Virus record (IMG/VR): IMGVR_UViG_3300032225_000852
Span: 1-38,147 of that record
Direction: 5' to 3' (one strand)
DNA from: a virus
Taxonomy: Duplodnaviria > Caudoviricetes
DNA: 38,147 nt
Shown one piece after another: positions 1-8,170 of the stretch. Under the pieces are notes generated by a model that saw only the letters and a list, made by a program, of their open reading frames with translations, searched no databases and was not told where the DNA came from. Position numbers and translations under genes: made by a program. Numbering within the stretch: the first letter of the stretch is position 1; every line of letters begins with the position of its first letter.

Positions 1-120
1 CTCACAAATATGAGCGCGATAGTCGGTGTCATCGAACTTGTGTGAGTAAACAAGGTACTGACCCTTGTCTTCCCACTCATATTTTTGATGGTGAATGTGG
101 ACTGTGATTTTGATTTTCAT
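1..120 (-). CDS. hypothetical protein, truncated by the window edge (MKIKITVHIHHQKYEWEDKGQYLVYSHKF...)
   Basis: Read by hand: ATG at 120 with a GGAGA RBS upstream, open to position 1; not in the ORF track. Confidence 0.7.
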   Translation of the reverse strand, partial: MKIKITVHIHHQKYEWEDKGQYLVYSHKFDDTDYRAHICE

Positions 121-132
121 GATGTTCTCCAG

Positions 133-315
133 TTATACGGTTTCGAGTTGGAATACACGGGCTTCATTACGCTCGTAAAAGTGGCGCAGGATGCGCTGTT
201 GAAGCATGAGGCGAATCGCTTGCAATTCAGTGACAGGCTGGGTCATGGTCTTCCAGTTGCCGTTCTCTTGGATCTGAACTACAAAGCACTTTGTCCACTT
301 GGTAACTTTTTTCAT
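133..315 (-). CDS. hypothetical protein (60 aa)
   Basis: AAGGAG RBS upstream; co-oriented with neighbours. Confidence 0.75.
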   Translation of the reverse strand: MKKVTKWTKCFVVQIQENGNWKTMTQPVTELQAIRLMLQQRILRHFYERNEARVFQLETV

Positions 316-330
316 GTTGGTCTCCTTATG

Positions 331-344
331 GGCCCCGAAGGGCC
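331..344 (-). other. intergenic GC hairpin with UUCG tetraloop
   Basis: Minus strand GGCCC-UUCG-GGGCC between two genes; no U-tract. Confidence 0.6.
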
Positions 345-351
345 GGTTGAA

Positions 352-732
352 TTAAGCGCAGGCGCTGACTTTGATGATGGCGCTTGACTCGCCACGGAAT
401 TGCTTGTTGAACTCTTCAACAAACTCGTCGTCTGTCATGTTTTTGAACTGCTCTGTTGCGCGCAGTGCAACCATGATGGCGTCTGCATTCAAAGAACCAA
501 CACGGTTCTCAATGGTGACCTTGACGCCGTACTTCTCACCACGGTGAGGGATGATCTTGCCCTTGGCGTCTTTCTCGCACAGGCCATAGGTGTTGGCGAT
601 GTTGTCTTTCAACTCTTTGGTTTTGGCGGTCAAATCTTTGACCTGACGATCCAACACTGCGAGTGTGTCGATGTCGTTGGTGATGCTCTCGATAGTTGCG
701 AGGGCTTGGATGGTTGCTTGAACTTCTGTCAT
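352..732 (-). CDS. hypothetical protein with N-terminal coiled coil (126 aa)
   Basis: Start moved to MTEVQ at 732 because of the AAGGA RBS; the track's longer 5' extension overlaps a promoter motif. Confidence 0.75.
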   Translation of the reverse strand: MTEVQATIQALATIESITNDIDTLAVLDRQVKDLTAKTKELKDNIANTYGLCEKDAKGKIIPHRGEKYGVKVTIENRVGSLNADAIMVALRATEQFKNMTDDEFVEEFNKQFRGESSAIIKVSACA

Positions 733-776
733 GATCATTTCCTTTTGGTTAAACCCGCTAACGTTGCGGTAAAAGA

Positions 777-796
777 ATTCTAACACGAAGTTAGAT
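777..796 (-). promoter_or_regulatory. phage promoter/operator motif, copy 1 (ATCTAActtcgTGTTAGAAT)
   Basis: Extended -10 (TGnTAGAAT) within a TCTAAC..GTTAGA inverted repeat; motif recurs at 3077, 3982 and 8091. Confidence 0.7.
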
Positions 797-862
797 TCTT
801 TTGACAAGACTTTTTTCAAATATTTTTCTAGGTGCTTACCCTAATACGTTTTTGGAAACGAA

Positions 863-1135
863 TTAGTTACTAATCAGATTAGCAAATACGTTGCTTACAG
901 TGACGTTCAGGGCGTCGATCTCTTCCATTTTGGCTATGCGCCAAGCCACTTTCTCCCCGTGCCAGCCCATCTTGGAGCCCTGATGGCATGACTTGCACAG
1001 GGCCACCACGGTGTAGTGCATGCCCTGCTTAATGTGGTGCGCGTCAGACGGGCCTGCGGTGCCACAGATTGAGCAGGGTTGCTCTTTGACCAGCCCCACC
1101 CACCTGCGCTCGGCCTTGTTGTAACTACCATTCAT
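863..1135 (-). CDS. small Zn-binding HNH-like nuclease (Ref / DUF968-like)
   Basis: CSIC...DAHH...LCKSCH...WHG pattern. Confidence 0.65.
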   Translation of the reverse strand: MNGSYNKAERRWVGLVKEQPCSICGTAGPSDAHHIKQGMHYTVVALCKSCHQGSKMGWHGEKVAWRIAKMEEIDALNVTVSNVFANLISN

Positions 1136-1473
1136 GCAACAGCCCGATCAAACGTTCTATTGCTGGCCTCCTGAGAGCGCCACACGTCGATTCTGGCCTG
1201 CGCACTGACCAACCCCCAGCGATACGTCTCCTCGGCCTCTACGGCCGCTTCTAGGCCCTTTAGCACCTCGATGTAGGCTGAGTCTGCATAAGCCTCGATC
1301 TCGGCCACCACGGCCGATTTAGCGCGCCCGTCGGACAGTGCCGACTTCATGAGCATTGCCTTCTGACTCTTGCGGTACTCTTCGAGGTATACCCGGTGTG
1401 CTTTTGCCTCTGCATATTTGCGCCCGTGGGTGTACAGGTAATCCACTGCGTCGTTGATGTCCTTCTGATTCAT
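1132..1473 (-). CDS. hypothetical helical phage protein (113 aa)
   Basis: GGAG RBS; ATGA overlap with the next gene; predicted helical/coiled-coil. Confidence 0.8.
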   Translation of the reverse strand: MNQKDINDAVDYLYTHGRKYAEAKAHRVYLEEYRKSQKAMLMKSALSDGRAKSAVVAEIEAYADSAYIEVLKGLEAAVEAEETYRWGLVSAQARIDVWRSQEASNRTFDRAVA

Positions 1474-1509
1474 TCTGCTTCTCCTGAATTTGTTTTTTGC
1501 GCCAGCCGC

Positions 1510-1959
1510 TCATGATGAGAACTTGGCAATCAATGCGGCGTCGGCCAGTGCTTGACCCTTGCCCTTCTTGTCCAACTCACGCCACTTGGGCCACAGTTGG
1601 ATTGCTCGTGCTCGTGCGGCGTCCTTGTCGGTACCAATCAAGCCTGCGGTCTTTTTCCATGCCTGCGGTGTCACCATGGTGTGCGGTATGCACATCGCGC
1701 CCAGAACACCCATGACAGTGCCGCATGAGTGGCCAAAGTTGAACATCGATGTCACGCCTTGGCCGGGCATTGCATGCACCTGTTCAACGAACACATGGTC
1801 ACTACAGCACGATGCAATGAAGTCGGTCAGAGCCGCCGCATTCACGCGAGTGGCCGTGCCAATCTTGGTGGTGGGCATCGCAGTCCATTCAATGGGTTGG
1901 CCGTCCTCCAACAACACAATTGCGCCTGTCGCGCCCGGATCAATTCCCAGTGTTCTCAT
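1510..1959 (-). CDS. RuvC-like Holliday junction resolvase
   Basis: GIDPGxxG, FVEQV, SMFNFG, PQAWKK and ADAALIA motifs. Confidence 0.9.
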   Translation of the reverse strand: MRTLGIDPGATGAIVLLEDGQPIEWTAMPTTKIGTATRVNAAALTDFIASCCSDHVFVEQVHAMPGQGVTSMFNFGHSCGTVMGVLGAMCIPHTMVTPQAWKKTAGLIGTDKDAARARAIQLWPKWRELDKKGKGQALADAALIAKFSS

Positions 1960-2134
1960 CTTTGGCTTTCGGTGGTAAGTAACGCAAGGTCACGAGAGCG
2001 GCCAGCCAAAACGTGCCACAGATAAATGCAATCGGAACTGCAACCCAAGTTGGTAAAAATTCAAGCGATGCAGAAAATACAAATGGCAATAAAAGAATTG
2101 CCCAAAAGATTCTTTGGCGTGGTGTTTTAATCAT
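1940..2134 (-). CDS. small membrane protein (2 TM)
   Basis: Two hydrophobic stretches; coupled to the upstream gene by ATGA overlap. Confidence 0.6.
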   Translation of the reverse strand: MIKTPRQRIFWAILLLPFVFSASLEFLPTWVAVPIAFICGTFWLAALVTLRYLPPKAKDENTGN

Positions 2135-2364
2135 TCGTCTCTCTCCTGATGTTGGTTGGATTTGTCAATCTGGTAAAGTTCTTCGTCGGTGAATGGTGGG
2201 TTGATAGTGTCTTGCATGATGTAATATCCACCGTCTGTGCGCTCGACCACAGCCACAACACCAATGCGTCCGTCGTCAGTCCAAAACGCTTTGAATGAAT
2301 GCCGGGGAAAGTCAAAGGGTGGAAGGCCAACTGTGGGCTTTTCCAAGTTGAGTGTGATATTCAT
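2131..2364 (-). CDS. hypothetical protein (77 aa)
   Basis: ATGA overlaps on both sides. Confidence 0.7.
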   Translation of the reverse strand: MNITLNLEKPTVGLPPFDFPRHSFKAFWTDDGRIGVVAVVERTDGGYYIMQDTINPPFTDEELYQIDKSNQHQERDE

Positions 2365-2654
2365 TTTTTACCTTTCAGAATGAATTTAGGACAGCGTTGC
2401 AAGATGAAACGCAACTGCATTGTTGGCCTGCCGTTTTTGTCTTTGTACGCAATGCAATGTTTGGCCACGTGGTTCTTGCACTCAAAGCACACACGGCGGT
2501 CGTCACCAATGTCTCTGTCTCGGTCGAACATCTTCTCGGCCAAGTCCCATGCTTGCTCTTCGCACAAGCCCTCTTCAATGAACACCTTGCGCCTGCGCGC
2601 ATGCACAGTGATGGCGATTTCAAGTTCTTCTTCTGTCATGGGTATGAGGTTCAT
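2361..2654 (-). CDS. hypothetical protein with C-terminal Cys cluster (possibly Zn-binding)
   Basis: CFEC...C...RC; ATGA overlaps. Confidence 0.75.
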   Translation of the reverse strand: MNLIPMTEEELEIAITVHARRRKVFIEEGLCEEQAWDLAEKMFDRDRDIGDDRRVCFECKNHVAKHCIAYKDKNGRPTMQLRFILQRCPKFILKGKK

Positions 2655-3040
2655 GCGGCCACCTTGTGCTTGCCAAGGCGCTTCTCGGTCTCTCTATGAG
2701 CCGCAATCATGGTGCGTGCCGGCAGGTTATCCATGACCATCTGGTAGTCCTCCAGAATGCCCTCAAGCATGCGTATCTCAATGTCGTTGAGGTTGTCCTG
2801 CATCAACGCAATCATTGCGTCTTCTAAGGCCTTCTCGTTGTCTTCCAAGTGCCCCATGTCGCGCAGGGTTTCCATAAGGTCTACGGCTGTGGACAAGGCC
2901 GCAATGTCCTGCACGGATGGCTTGGTCTTGCAGTTCTCCAATGCCTTGAGCATTAAGCCCATTTGATACTGGCGCTTTTTGAGCGGCAAAGGCTCAGTGG
3001 GACTTGCCAGTAAAACGTCCCAGTGCGAATACGTAGTCAT
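2651..3040 (-). CDS. hypothetical protein (129 aa)
   Basis: AAGGAG RBS; lies downstream of promoter motif copy 2. Confidence 0.8.
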   Translation of the reverse strand: MTTYSHWDVLLASPTEPLPLKKRQYQMGLMLKALENCKTKPSVQDIAALSTAVDLMETLRDMGHLEDNEKALEDAMIALMQDNLNDIEIRMLEGILEDYQMVMDNLPARTMIAAHRETEKRLGKHKVAA

Positions 3041-3076
3041 CGATTCTCCTTTTATCCCACTTGCTGTGGTCAGGAG

Positions 3077-3096
3077 AGTCTAACATGCAATTAGAT
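3077..3096 (-). promoter_or_regulatory. phage promoter/operator motif, copy 2 (ATCTAAttgcaTGTTAGACT)
   Basis: Matches the repeated motif; intergenic and upstream of the RBS of 2651-3040. Confidence 0.7.
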
Positions 3097-3326
3097 TACT
3101 CTGCAACAATAATTACTGTTGCTGTCTCTCGGTCAATTTGAATTTGGCCATCGGCCACCATGTTCCAATCGTCCGAGCAACACTCTTTGTCACTGCGGCA
3201 TGGAATGGTAAACACAACGTGCTTTGCAAGGTATTCTTTCTTGCCTACAAACACACGCCATGCATGATCGACTGTGCCCCGTCCTTCTTGACCACGGGAC
3301 TTGTTAAAGCGCACACGGATTTTCAT
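3096..3326 (-). CDS. hypothetical protein (76 aa)
   Basis: ATGA-coupled to the oxygenase gene. Confidence 0.7.
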   Translation of the reverse strand: MKIRVRFNKSRGQEGRGTVDHAWRVFVGKKEYLAKHVVFTIPCRSDKECCSDDWNMVADGQIQIDRETATVIIVAE

Positions 3327-3958
3327 AAAATCTCCACAGACTTTTCTTCTTTGGCTTCTTCATTGACGGCCACGCTTAGGTTCATGTGGACGAATCGCAT
3401 AGACTCATTGCCCATGTTTTTAGTGAACGAATGTGGCACCCATGCGTTGATCAAAATCAATGCGCCGGGTTGTGGTGTGAACACAATTTGGTGTGACCCC
3501 AGAGTGATGTTGCTTGCGTCCTTCTCTGGCAGATTGATGATCACTTTGCCGGGCCTTGGATCATGCACAACCAACTTGCAGGCCTTATCGGGTACATCAA
3601 TGAAAAAGAACGCGCTAATCTGGCATCCAGCCCCATGAACGTGGGTCTCCATGGATGACAGGTGGTTGTGCTCTTGCGTCCACATCTCGGTGAAGTACGT
3701 CACCAACTGATCCATGTTGTAGCCCTGCGACGCAAGGATGTTCCATGCTGTCTGCGAAACGTACTGCGAGAAGTCTTGCAACTCTGGCTCATGCGAATAA
3801 CTGCCAGTCATGAGGTTCACGTAGTCAGGATTTTTTTTGCGCTCACGCGAAGCCTCTTCGTATCTCGTAGACACGGTGCGAACCATGTCAATGAATTCAG
3901 GCTTATGCACCACGTACACGGGCGTGGCAAAGTAGTGCATCTCTTCGAGTTGATCCAT
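3323..3958 (-). CDS. putative 2OG-Fe(II) oxygenase (TIGR02466-like)
   Basis: F-x-TP-x-Y start, HVH...distal H (WVPH), DPRP and R-x-x-x-x-N cupin motifs. Confidence 0.8.
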   Translation of the reverse strand: MDQLEEMHYFATPVYVVHKPEFIDMVRTVSTRYEEASRERKKNPDYVNLMTGSYSHEPELQDFSQYVSQTAWNILASQGYNMDQLVTYFTEMWTQEHNHLSSMETHVHGAGCQISAFFFIDVPDKACKLVVHDPRPGKVIINLPEKDASNITLGSHQIVFTPQPGALILINAWVPHSFTKNMGNESMRFVHMNLSVAVNEEAKEEKSVEIL

Positions 3959-3981
3959 TTTTCTCTCCGTTAAATTGCGTC

Positions 3982-4001
3982 AGTCTAACATGAGGTTAGA
4001 T
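3982..4001 (-). promoter_or_regulatory. phage promoter/operator motif, copy 3 (ATCTAAcctcaTGTTAGACT)
   Basis: Perfect TCTAAC-N5-GTTAGA palindrome upstream of the oxygenase RBS. Confidence 0.7.
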
Positions 4002-4003
4002 TT

Positions 4004-4034
4004 AAAAAACAAAAAAATGGGCCCGGCCCGGCCC
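4004..4034 (-). terminator. intrinsic terminator
   Basis: GGGCC-loop-GGCCC followed by a long U-rich tract on the minus strand. Confidence 0.65.
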
Positions 4035-4392
4035 TTATGAATAACTTACTTAACCTTACTCTGTATCCCTTGATACCCAGAGGTGGACAGACTCAGCCCT
4101 CCCAAAAGAGGATGAGCCTTCACAGATACCCGTCGGAGTTACCTGACCCGTCAGTCGTTCAACGCAAGGGCACTCACTTCGCCACCCTTCCCTCTCTCTC
4201 AGCGTCTTTCCCGTAGTAGAGGTGTCCCCAAATCGCTACCGCCAGTGCGCGTCCGATTCAGCGAGAACAAAAACAAAAAAAGCTGTTAAGACAGACCCCG
4301 TTGGAACCGCATCCTCTTGTGAAGGACACATACCCCAGTGGGGTCGGAGTCTGACTTAACAGCTTTACACGCCGGGGTTCCAATCCGACGTT
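4004..4392 (-). ncRNA. candidate structured non-coding RNA (possibly origin-associated)
   Basis: Bounded by a near-consensus promoter and a terminator; no ORF of 60 aa or more; 12-bp perfect stem and an 8-nt loop-loop complement. Confidence 0.5.
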
Positions 4393-4398
4393 TTACCG

Positions 4399-4428
4399 AT
4401 TCTATCAACACGTTTTAATCCATGTCAA
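4399..4428 (-). promoter_or_regulatory. sigma70-type promoter
   Basis: TTGACA (4428-4423), 18-nt spacer, TG-n-TAGAAT (-10 at 4404-4399). Confidence 0.8.
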
Positions 4429-4438
4429 CACAAAAGGT

Positions 4439-4622
4439 TGTTGGGCTCAATTTGGTCTTCAACTAGGTAGGGGAGAAAGCCAGAAAATCCCTACGGAGAC
4501 ATCCTTGAATGCTGGCTTAACACCCAACACGGCTGGGGATTGGTGAGGAATTACCAGAGACGGCGCAAACACTCAACAGAGTGCGGCAACCGCATGAACC
4601 AGTCAATCCCCATGCGTGTTGG
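4439..4622 (-). ncRNA. candidate structured cis-RNA element downstream of the primase
   Basis: 8+9 bp inverted repeat (4524-4542 / 4604-4622) plus a pseudoknot-compatible unit (4439-4529). Confidence 0.4.
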
Positions 4623-4624
4623 CG

Positions 4625-5494
4625 TCAGAAATATACCATTTCTCTTTGACGAACTTCCATCATTTTTGCAACAACAGCAAACAAGCTGTCCTTCATATGC
4701 AGGTCGTTTGCATCGTACCCAAATTGGTCGGCCATCGTCCACGGTAACCCGGTTGCAATCGCTGACTTCTCACCTGTCTTGCTCTCGTCGTTGTCTGCAA
4801 AGATAAACCGCTTGCCCTTAATCTGATCAGCCACTTGAATCATGTTGCTGGCGCTGAAGCAGATCACCACCGATGCCGGGATGCCCACACTGCGCAGGGC
4901 ATGCCGCACCGACAGCCCGGTGGCAAAGCCTTCGACCAGCCACGACTCTTCGTTGTTTCGGTCACCAAGGTACAGCACCGCATTCTTGGCGCGCATGCCG
5001 TGAAGCATTTTCTTTTCGTACTCGCGCTTGTCCATGTCCCAACGGATCGACTGGTATCCCTGTAAACGGTTGGTTGACACGTTGCGCATAGGGATCAGCA
5101 GTTTGTCGTCCAGCACCAGTCCACGGGTCTCTTTGAACCCTTTGATCTCAAGGTAGCCATGGTGGTCGTACTTGGCACTGCGCAAGGTCACGTCGGCTTG
5201 GAATGCGGCGTTCTGGTACTTCTTCTCCTGCTCAGTGGCCGCCGAGGCCCTTTTTGCGGCCCATGCGCGCTTTTCGTCGTCAGTCCAAGGCTTGGCATGC
5301 GGGTCTTCGTACCAGATCACTCTGGCCTCACCTGACCAGTCCATGACCCATCCACGCTGACCATCCCAAAAGTAGGCACCATTGCCTGAGTTTGGGCGCT
5401 CTACAGTCCCACAGCGTTTGATTTTGTCGGACGCATACAGACGCTGAGGATCGATGGCCACACCGTGCGCTCGTGCAAAGTTGATGAAACTCAT
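4625..5494 (-). CDS. TOPRIM-domain DNA primase (P4 alpha/TraC-like)
   Basis: LLIPM, YQSI, VEGFATGLS and FADND TOPRIM motifs; coupled to the helicase. Confidence 0.85.
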   Translation of the reverse strand: MSFINFARAHGVAIDPQRLYASDKIKRCGTVERPNSGNGAYFWDGQRGWVMDWSGEARVIWYEDPHAKPWTDDEKRAWAAKRASAATEQEKKYQNAAFQADVTLRSAKYDHHGYLEIKGFKETRGLVLDDKLLIPMRNVSTNRLQGYQSIRWDMDKREYEKKMLHGMRAKNAVLYLGDRNNEESWLVEGFATGLSVRHALRSVGIPASVVICFSASNMIQVADQIKGKRFIFADNDESKTGEKSAIATGLPWTMADQFGYDANDLHMKDSLFAVVAKMMEVRQREMVYF

Positions 5495-7020
5495 TTACGT
5501 GCCCCCATTCCTTTTTTGAACGCGATGTTCATTTGTTGAATTTTGTTGTACACGTTTTTGGTGATCTCAACTGCTGGGGCTTTTGAGAATGCCCACTGCG
5601 TCTCTTGCCCGGTGATCTGCTTGAACAGGTGCCATGCACGTGCTGATTGTTTCTCAGGCTGGCTGTGGTGCTTGGCATACGCCACCACTTGATGCCACAG
5701 GTGCTCGGCGTTGTCGGCCAACTTCTTTTTGTTCTTGCCTTCACCAATAAAAATTTCCTTCATATGGCCGGGCAGTGCTTCGCTCACTTGCGACGACACC
5801 TTCTCGTACCCGCAAGCCATGCACCGCTTGCTGAATGGCGTGTAGCCACAGCGTGGGCAACCCTTAGGCTCGTAGTCCTCATCCTTGCGGATCGTCTTGT
5901 CCAACTTGTCGCCAGAGTCGAGCGAATCCAAACCGTTGAAATAGATTTCGTTGAAGTCGTCAAAGAAGCGAATGATGTTGCCACTGAAGTCCAGCAGATG
6001 GCAGTCTTGCTTGCCGGTCTCAGGCGAAGAGCGCAGGCCACGGCCCCACATTTGAATCGCGGTGGACAGTGACTTACGCAAAGGGCGCGCATCGCAAATA
6101 CAACCCACGTCAGGCACGTCAAAACCTTTGGCCAAGGCCTCGACACTGATCAGCACCTTAAGGTGGCTATTAGGCTTTCTGTACTCCTTCAGAAGGTCTT
6201 CGCGCTCCTTCTTGGTGGTGTCAGCAGTGAACACAGCGGCCATGACGCCGGCGTTGATGAATTGCTTGCACAACTCTTCGCAGTGCTTGATGGTGGCACC
6301 AAACACAATCGTTTTGCGATTGTCACCGAAGCGTTGCCAGTCGGCCACCACGTCACCCACGATTTTGAGTTCACGCTCTTCAGCCGCCTTGTCTGTCCAC
6401 TCACCACCAGCGGTCTCAGCACCGGTCATGTCGGGCTTTGAGCACGAGAAGATGCGCATGGGCACCAACACACCGTTCTGCGTCAGGTCGTACATCGTGG
6501 TGGCATTGATCAGGTTTGAGAATATCTTGCCCAGCCCCGCAGTAAATGGCGTGGCCGACAAACCAATTACAGCCGCCTTGATGTTCATCGCAAACTCAGT
6601 CCACGCCTTATAGGTGGTGTGGGCCTCGTCCACAACAAGAACGTCCATCTGTGGCCAGAAGTTGCGTTTGCCAATGGTCTGCACAGAGGCAATCTGCAAG
6701 AGTTCATCAGGCCGGCGACGCCAGTGTTTGGCTTGAATGATGCCGTGATTGAACAGACCGTATCGGTCAGCCACTTCAGAGGTCTGATCAATCAGGGTGG
6801 TGCGGTCGCACAGGAACACTGCGCGCTTGCCTTTTTGCATGGCCTCATTGCAGATGCGCAGACCAAGGTAGGTCTTACCAGCCCCAGTGGGGGCCATGAT
6901 GATCTGGTTTTTGTGGCCATCACGAAACCCTTGGCGAAGGGCATTGTGGGCTGTCAGTTGAAATTGGCGGGGTGTTGGGAATCCATCATCACGCTCACTC
7001 GGCGCTAGGGCTTGGTTCAT
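5491..7020 (-). CDS. superfamily II (DEAH) DNA helicase with C-terminal Zn ribbon
   Basis: APTGAGKT, DEAH, SATP, GFD, QMWGRGLR; CPRC...CMAC. Confidence 0.95.
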   Translation of the reverse strand: MNQALAPSERDDGFPTPRQFQLTAHNALRQGFRDGHKNQIIMAPTGAGKTYLGLRICNEAMQKGKRAVFLCDRTTLIDQTSEVADRYGLFNHGIIQAKHWRRRPDELLQIASVQTIGKRNFWPQMDVLVVDEAHTTYKAWTEFAMNIKAAVIGLSATPFTAGLGKIFSNLINATTMYDLTQNGVLVPMRIFSCSKPDMTGAETAGGEWTDKAAEERELKIVGDVVADWQRFGDNRKTIVFGATIKHCEELCKQFINAGVMAAVFTADTTKKEREDLLKEYRKPNSHLKVLISVEALAKGFDVPDVGCICDARPLRKSLSTAIQMWGRGLRSSPETGKQDCHLLDFSGNIIRFFDDFNEIYFNGLDSLDSGDKLDKTIRKDEDYEPKGCPRCGYTPFSKRCMACGYEKVSSQVSEALPGHMKEIFIGEGKNKKKLADNAEHLWHQVVAYAKHHSQPEKQSARAWHLFKQITGQETQWAFSKAPAVEITKNVYNKIQQMNIAFKKGMGARK

Positions 7021-7823
7021 TTTTTGACTTTCGCTTTGTCGATTTGTTTCTGAAGTTCTTTGACCATTTTCACGGCCTGATTGCGCTCATTCATCAAACC
7101 CTTGAAACGCACGTCCAGTTGGGCGTAGGCAAGGTTCAGGCGCTTGATTTCCTCGTGCGCAGTGGCCAATGCATCGTCGGCTTCGAGCATTTTGTACATG
7201 ATGTCCATGTCGGCTTGCAGAGCCAATTCGTTGGCTTTCAACTCATCCTCGTCTGGGCCAACTCCAACATTTAAGTCAGTGTTTTCCCTAACTGTTGGTT
7301 TTTCGCTACTAATCGGATTAGTAGTCTCTTGAGCCGTCAACTCTTGGGCTTTCTTCTTAATATTCTTCTCTTTGGCCTCTTTTTGCTTCTTCTTTTTCTC
7401 AGGGTCACGCACACCCGCAACGAAGGGCTGTGACACCACGCAAATCTTGGCGATCTCGTAGTTGGACTTGTCTTTCAGGTCAGGGTTGGCCAAGGCCTCT
7501 TCGACGACCTTTTTCTTGTCCTCATACGAGCGGGGCAGACCATGGCGCGCATTCACACCGTAGGAGCGGATAACAGCCTCGGCCTGTGTGCCCGGCACGT
7601 ACTTGATGGTCACGTCCTTGATGCCCATCAGCTTGTAAGCGTGGTAACGGTGGAAGCCATCCACTAGCCAGTACGTCACGCCATCAAAGTTGGTGTCGAT
7701 GGGATCGAATTCGTACCCCTCCTTCATCATCTCCACCATGTGATAGACGTGTTGTTGATCGATTACTACACGGCCTTGGGTGCCGCCATCGATCCTAATG
7801 TCATTTAGTTTTACTTGTCTCAT
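7017..7823 (-). CDS. ParB/Srx N-terminal domain protein with HTH and C-terminal coiled coil
   Basis: TQGR, VDGFHRY, N-x-x-HG; SNYEIAKICVVSQPFV HTH. Confidence 0.8.
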   Translation of the reverse strand: MRQVKLNDIRIDGGTQGRVVIDQQHVYHMVEMMKEGYEFDPIDTNFDGVTYWLVDGFHRYHAYKLMGIKDVTIKYVPGTQAEAVIRSYGVNARHGLPRSYEDKKKVVEEALANPDLKDKSNYEIAKICVVSQPFVAGVRDPEKKKKQKEAKEKNIKKKAQELTAQETTNPISSEKPTVRENTDLNVGVGPDEDELKANELALQADMDIMYKMLEADDALATAHEEIKRLNLAYAQLDVRFKGLMNERNQAVKMVKELQKQIDKAKVKK

Positions 7824-7854
7824 TTAAATCTCCTGTTAAAAACCCAACGTCGGG

Positions 7855-8055
7855 TCAGTTAAAAATATCGGGCCGCAGTTCTTTTGCACTCACGAGGCCT
7901 TGTGTGGCCTTCTCAATTTTCTTTGCCAGTTCAGGTGACGGTCTTCGTGCTTTTCTGATCAAAAGTCCAAGCCACGTTTGGGTGATGCCAAGGTGGTCTG
8001 CCATCTCTTTCTTGGAGCCGTAAGGTTCGTCCTTGAAATACTGTTTTAGGTTCAT
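7855..8055 (-). CDS. Cro/YdaS-like HTH transcriptional regulator
   Basis: MADHLGIT...PS..LA..IE.AT.G.V...ELRPD; GGAGG RBS. Confidence 0.9.
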   Translation of the reverse strand: MNLKQYFKDEPYGSKKEMADHLGITQTWLGLLIRKARRPSPELAKKIEKATQGLVSAKELRPDIFN

Positions 8056-8077
8056 GAAACCTCCTTTCTTTTGCGAG

Positions 8078-8110
8078 AGTCTAACACAACATCTAATTCC
8101 GTGTTATAGT
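8078..8110. promoter_or_regulatory. divergent promoter pair
   Basis: Leftward TGTTAGACT (8086-8078); rightward ATCTAAttccgTGTTATAGT (8091-8110). Confidence 0.7.
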
Positions 8111-8170
8111 CTTTCCACGTTCACGATGAACGGGTCATTGTCCTACGGGACGTTTTACTAAGGAAAAATC

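Noticed and set aside
4545-4605. tRNA gene in the structured region
   Set aside because: Small hairpins are present, but no proper acceptor stem, T-arm placement or anticodon arm could be built.
4540-4806. Short ORFs 4540-4806 (+) and 4551-4742 (-)
   Set aside because: They overlap the primase C-terminus and the structured element and have no convincing RBS or protein-like composition.
8118-8132. CGTTCAcgaTGAACG as a parS or LexA site
   Set aside because: It only loosely resembles parS, occurs once, and is more simply a 5' mRNA hairpin after the rightward promoter.
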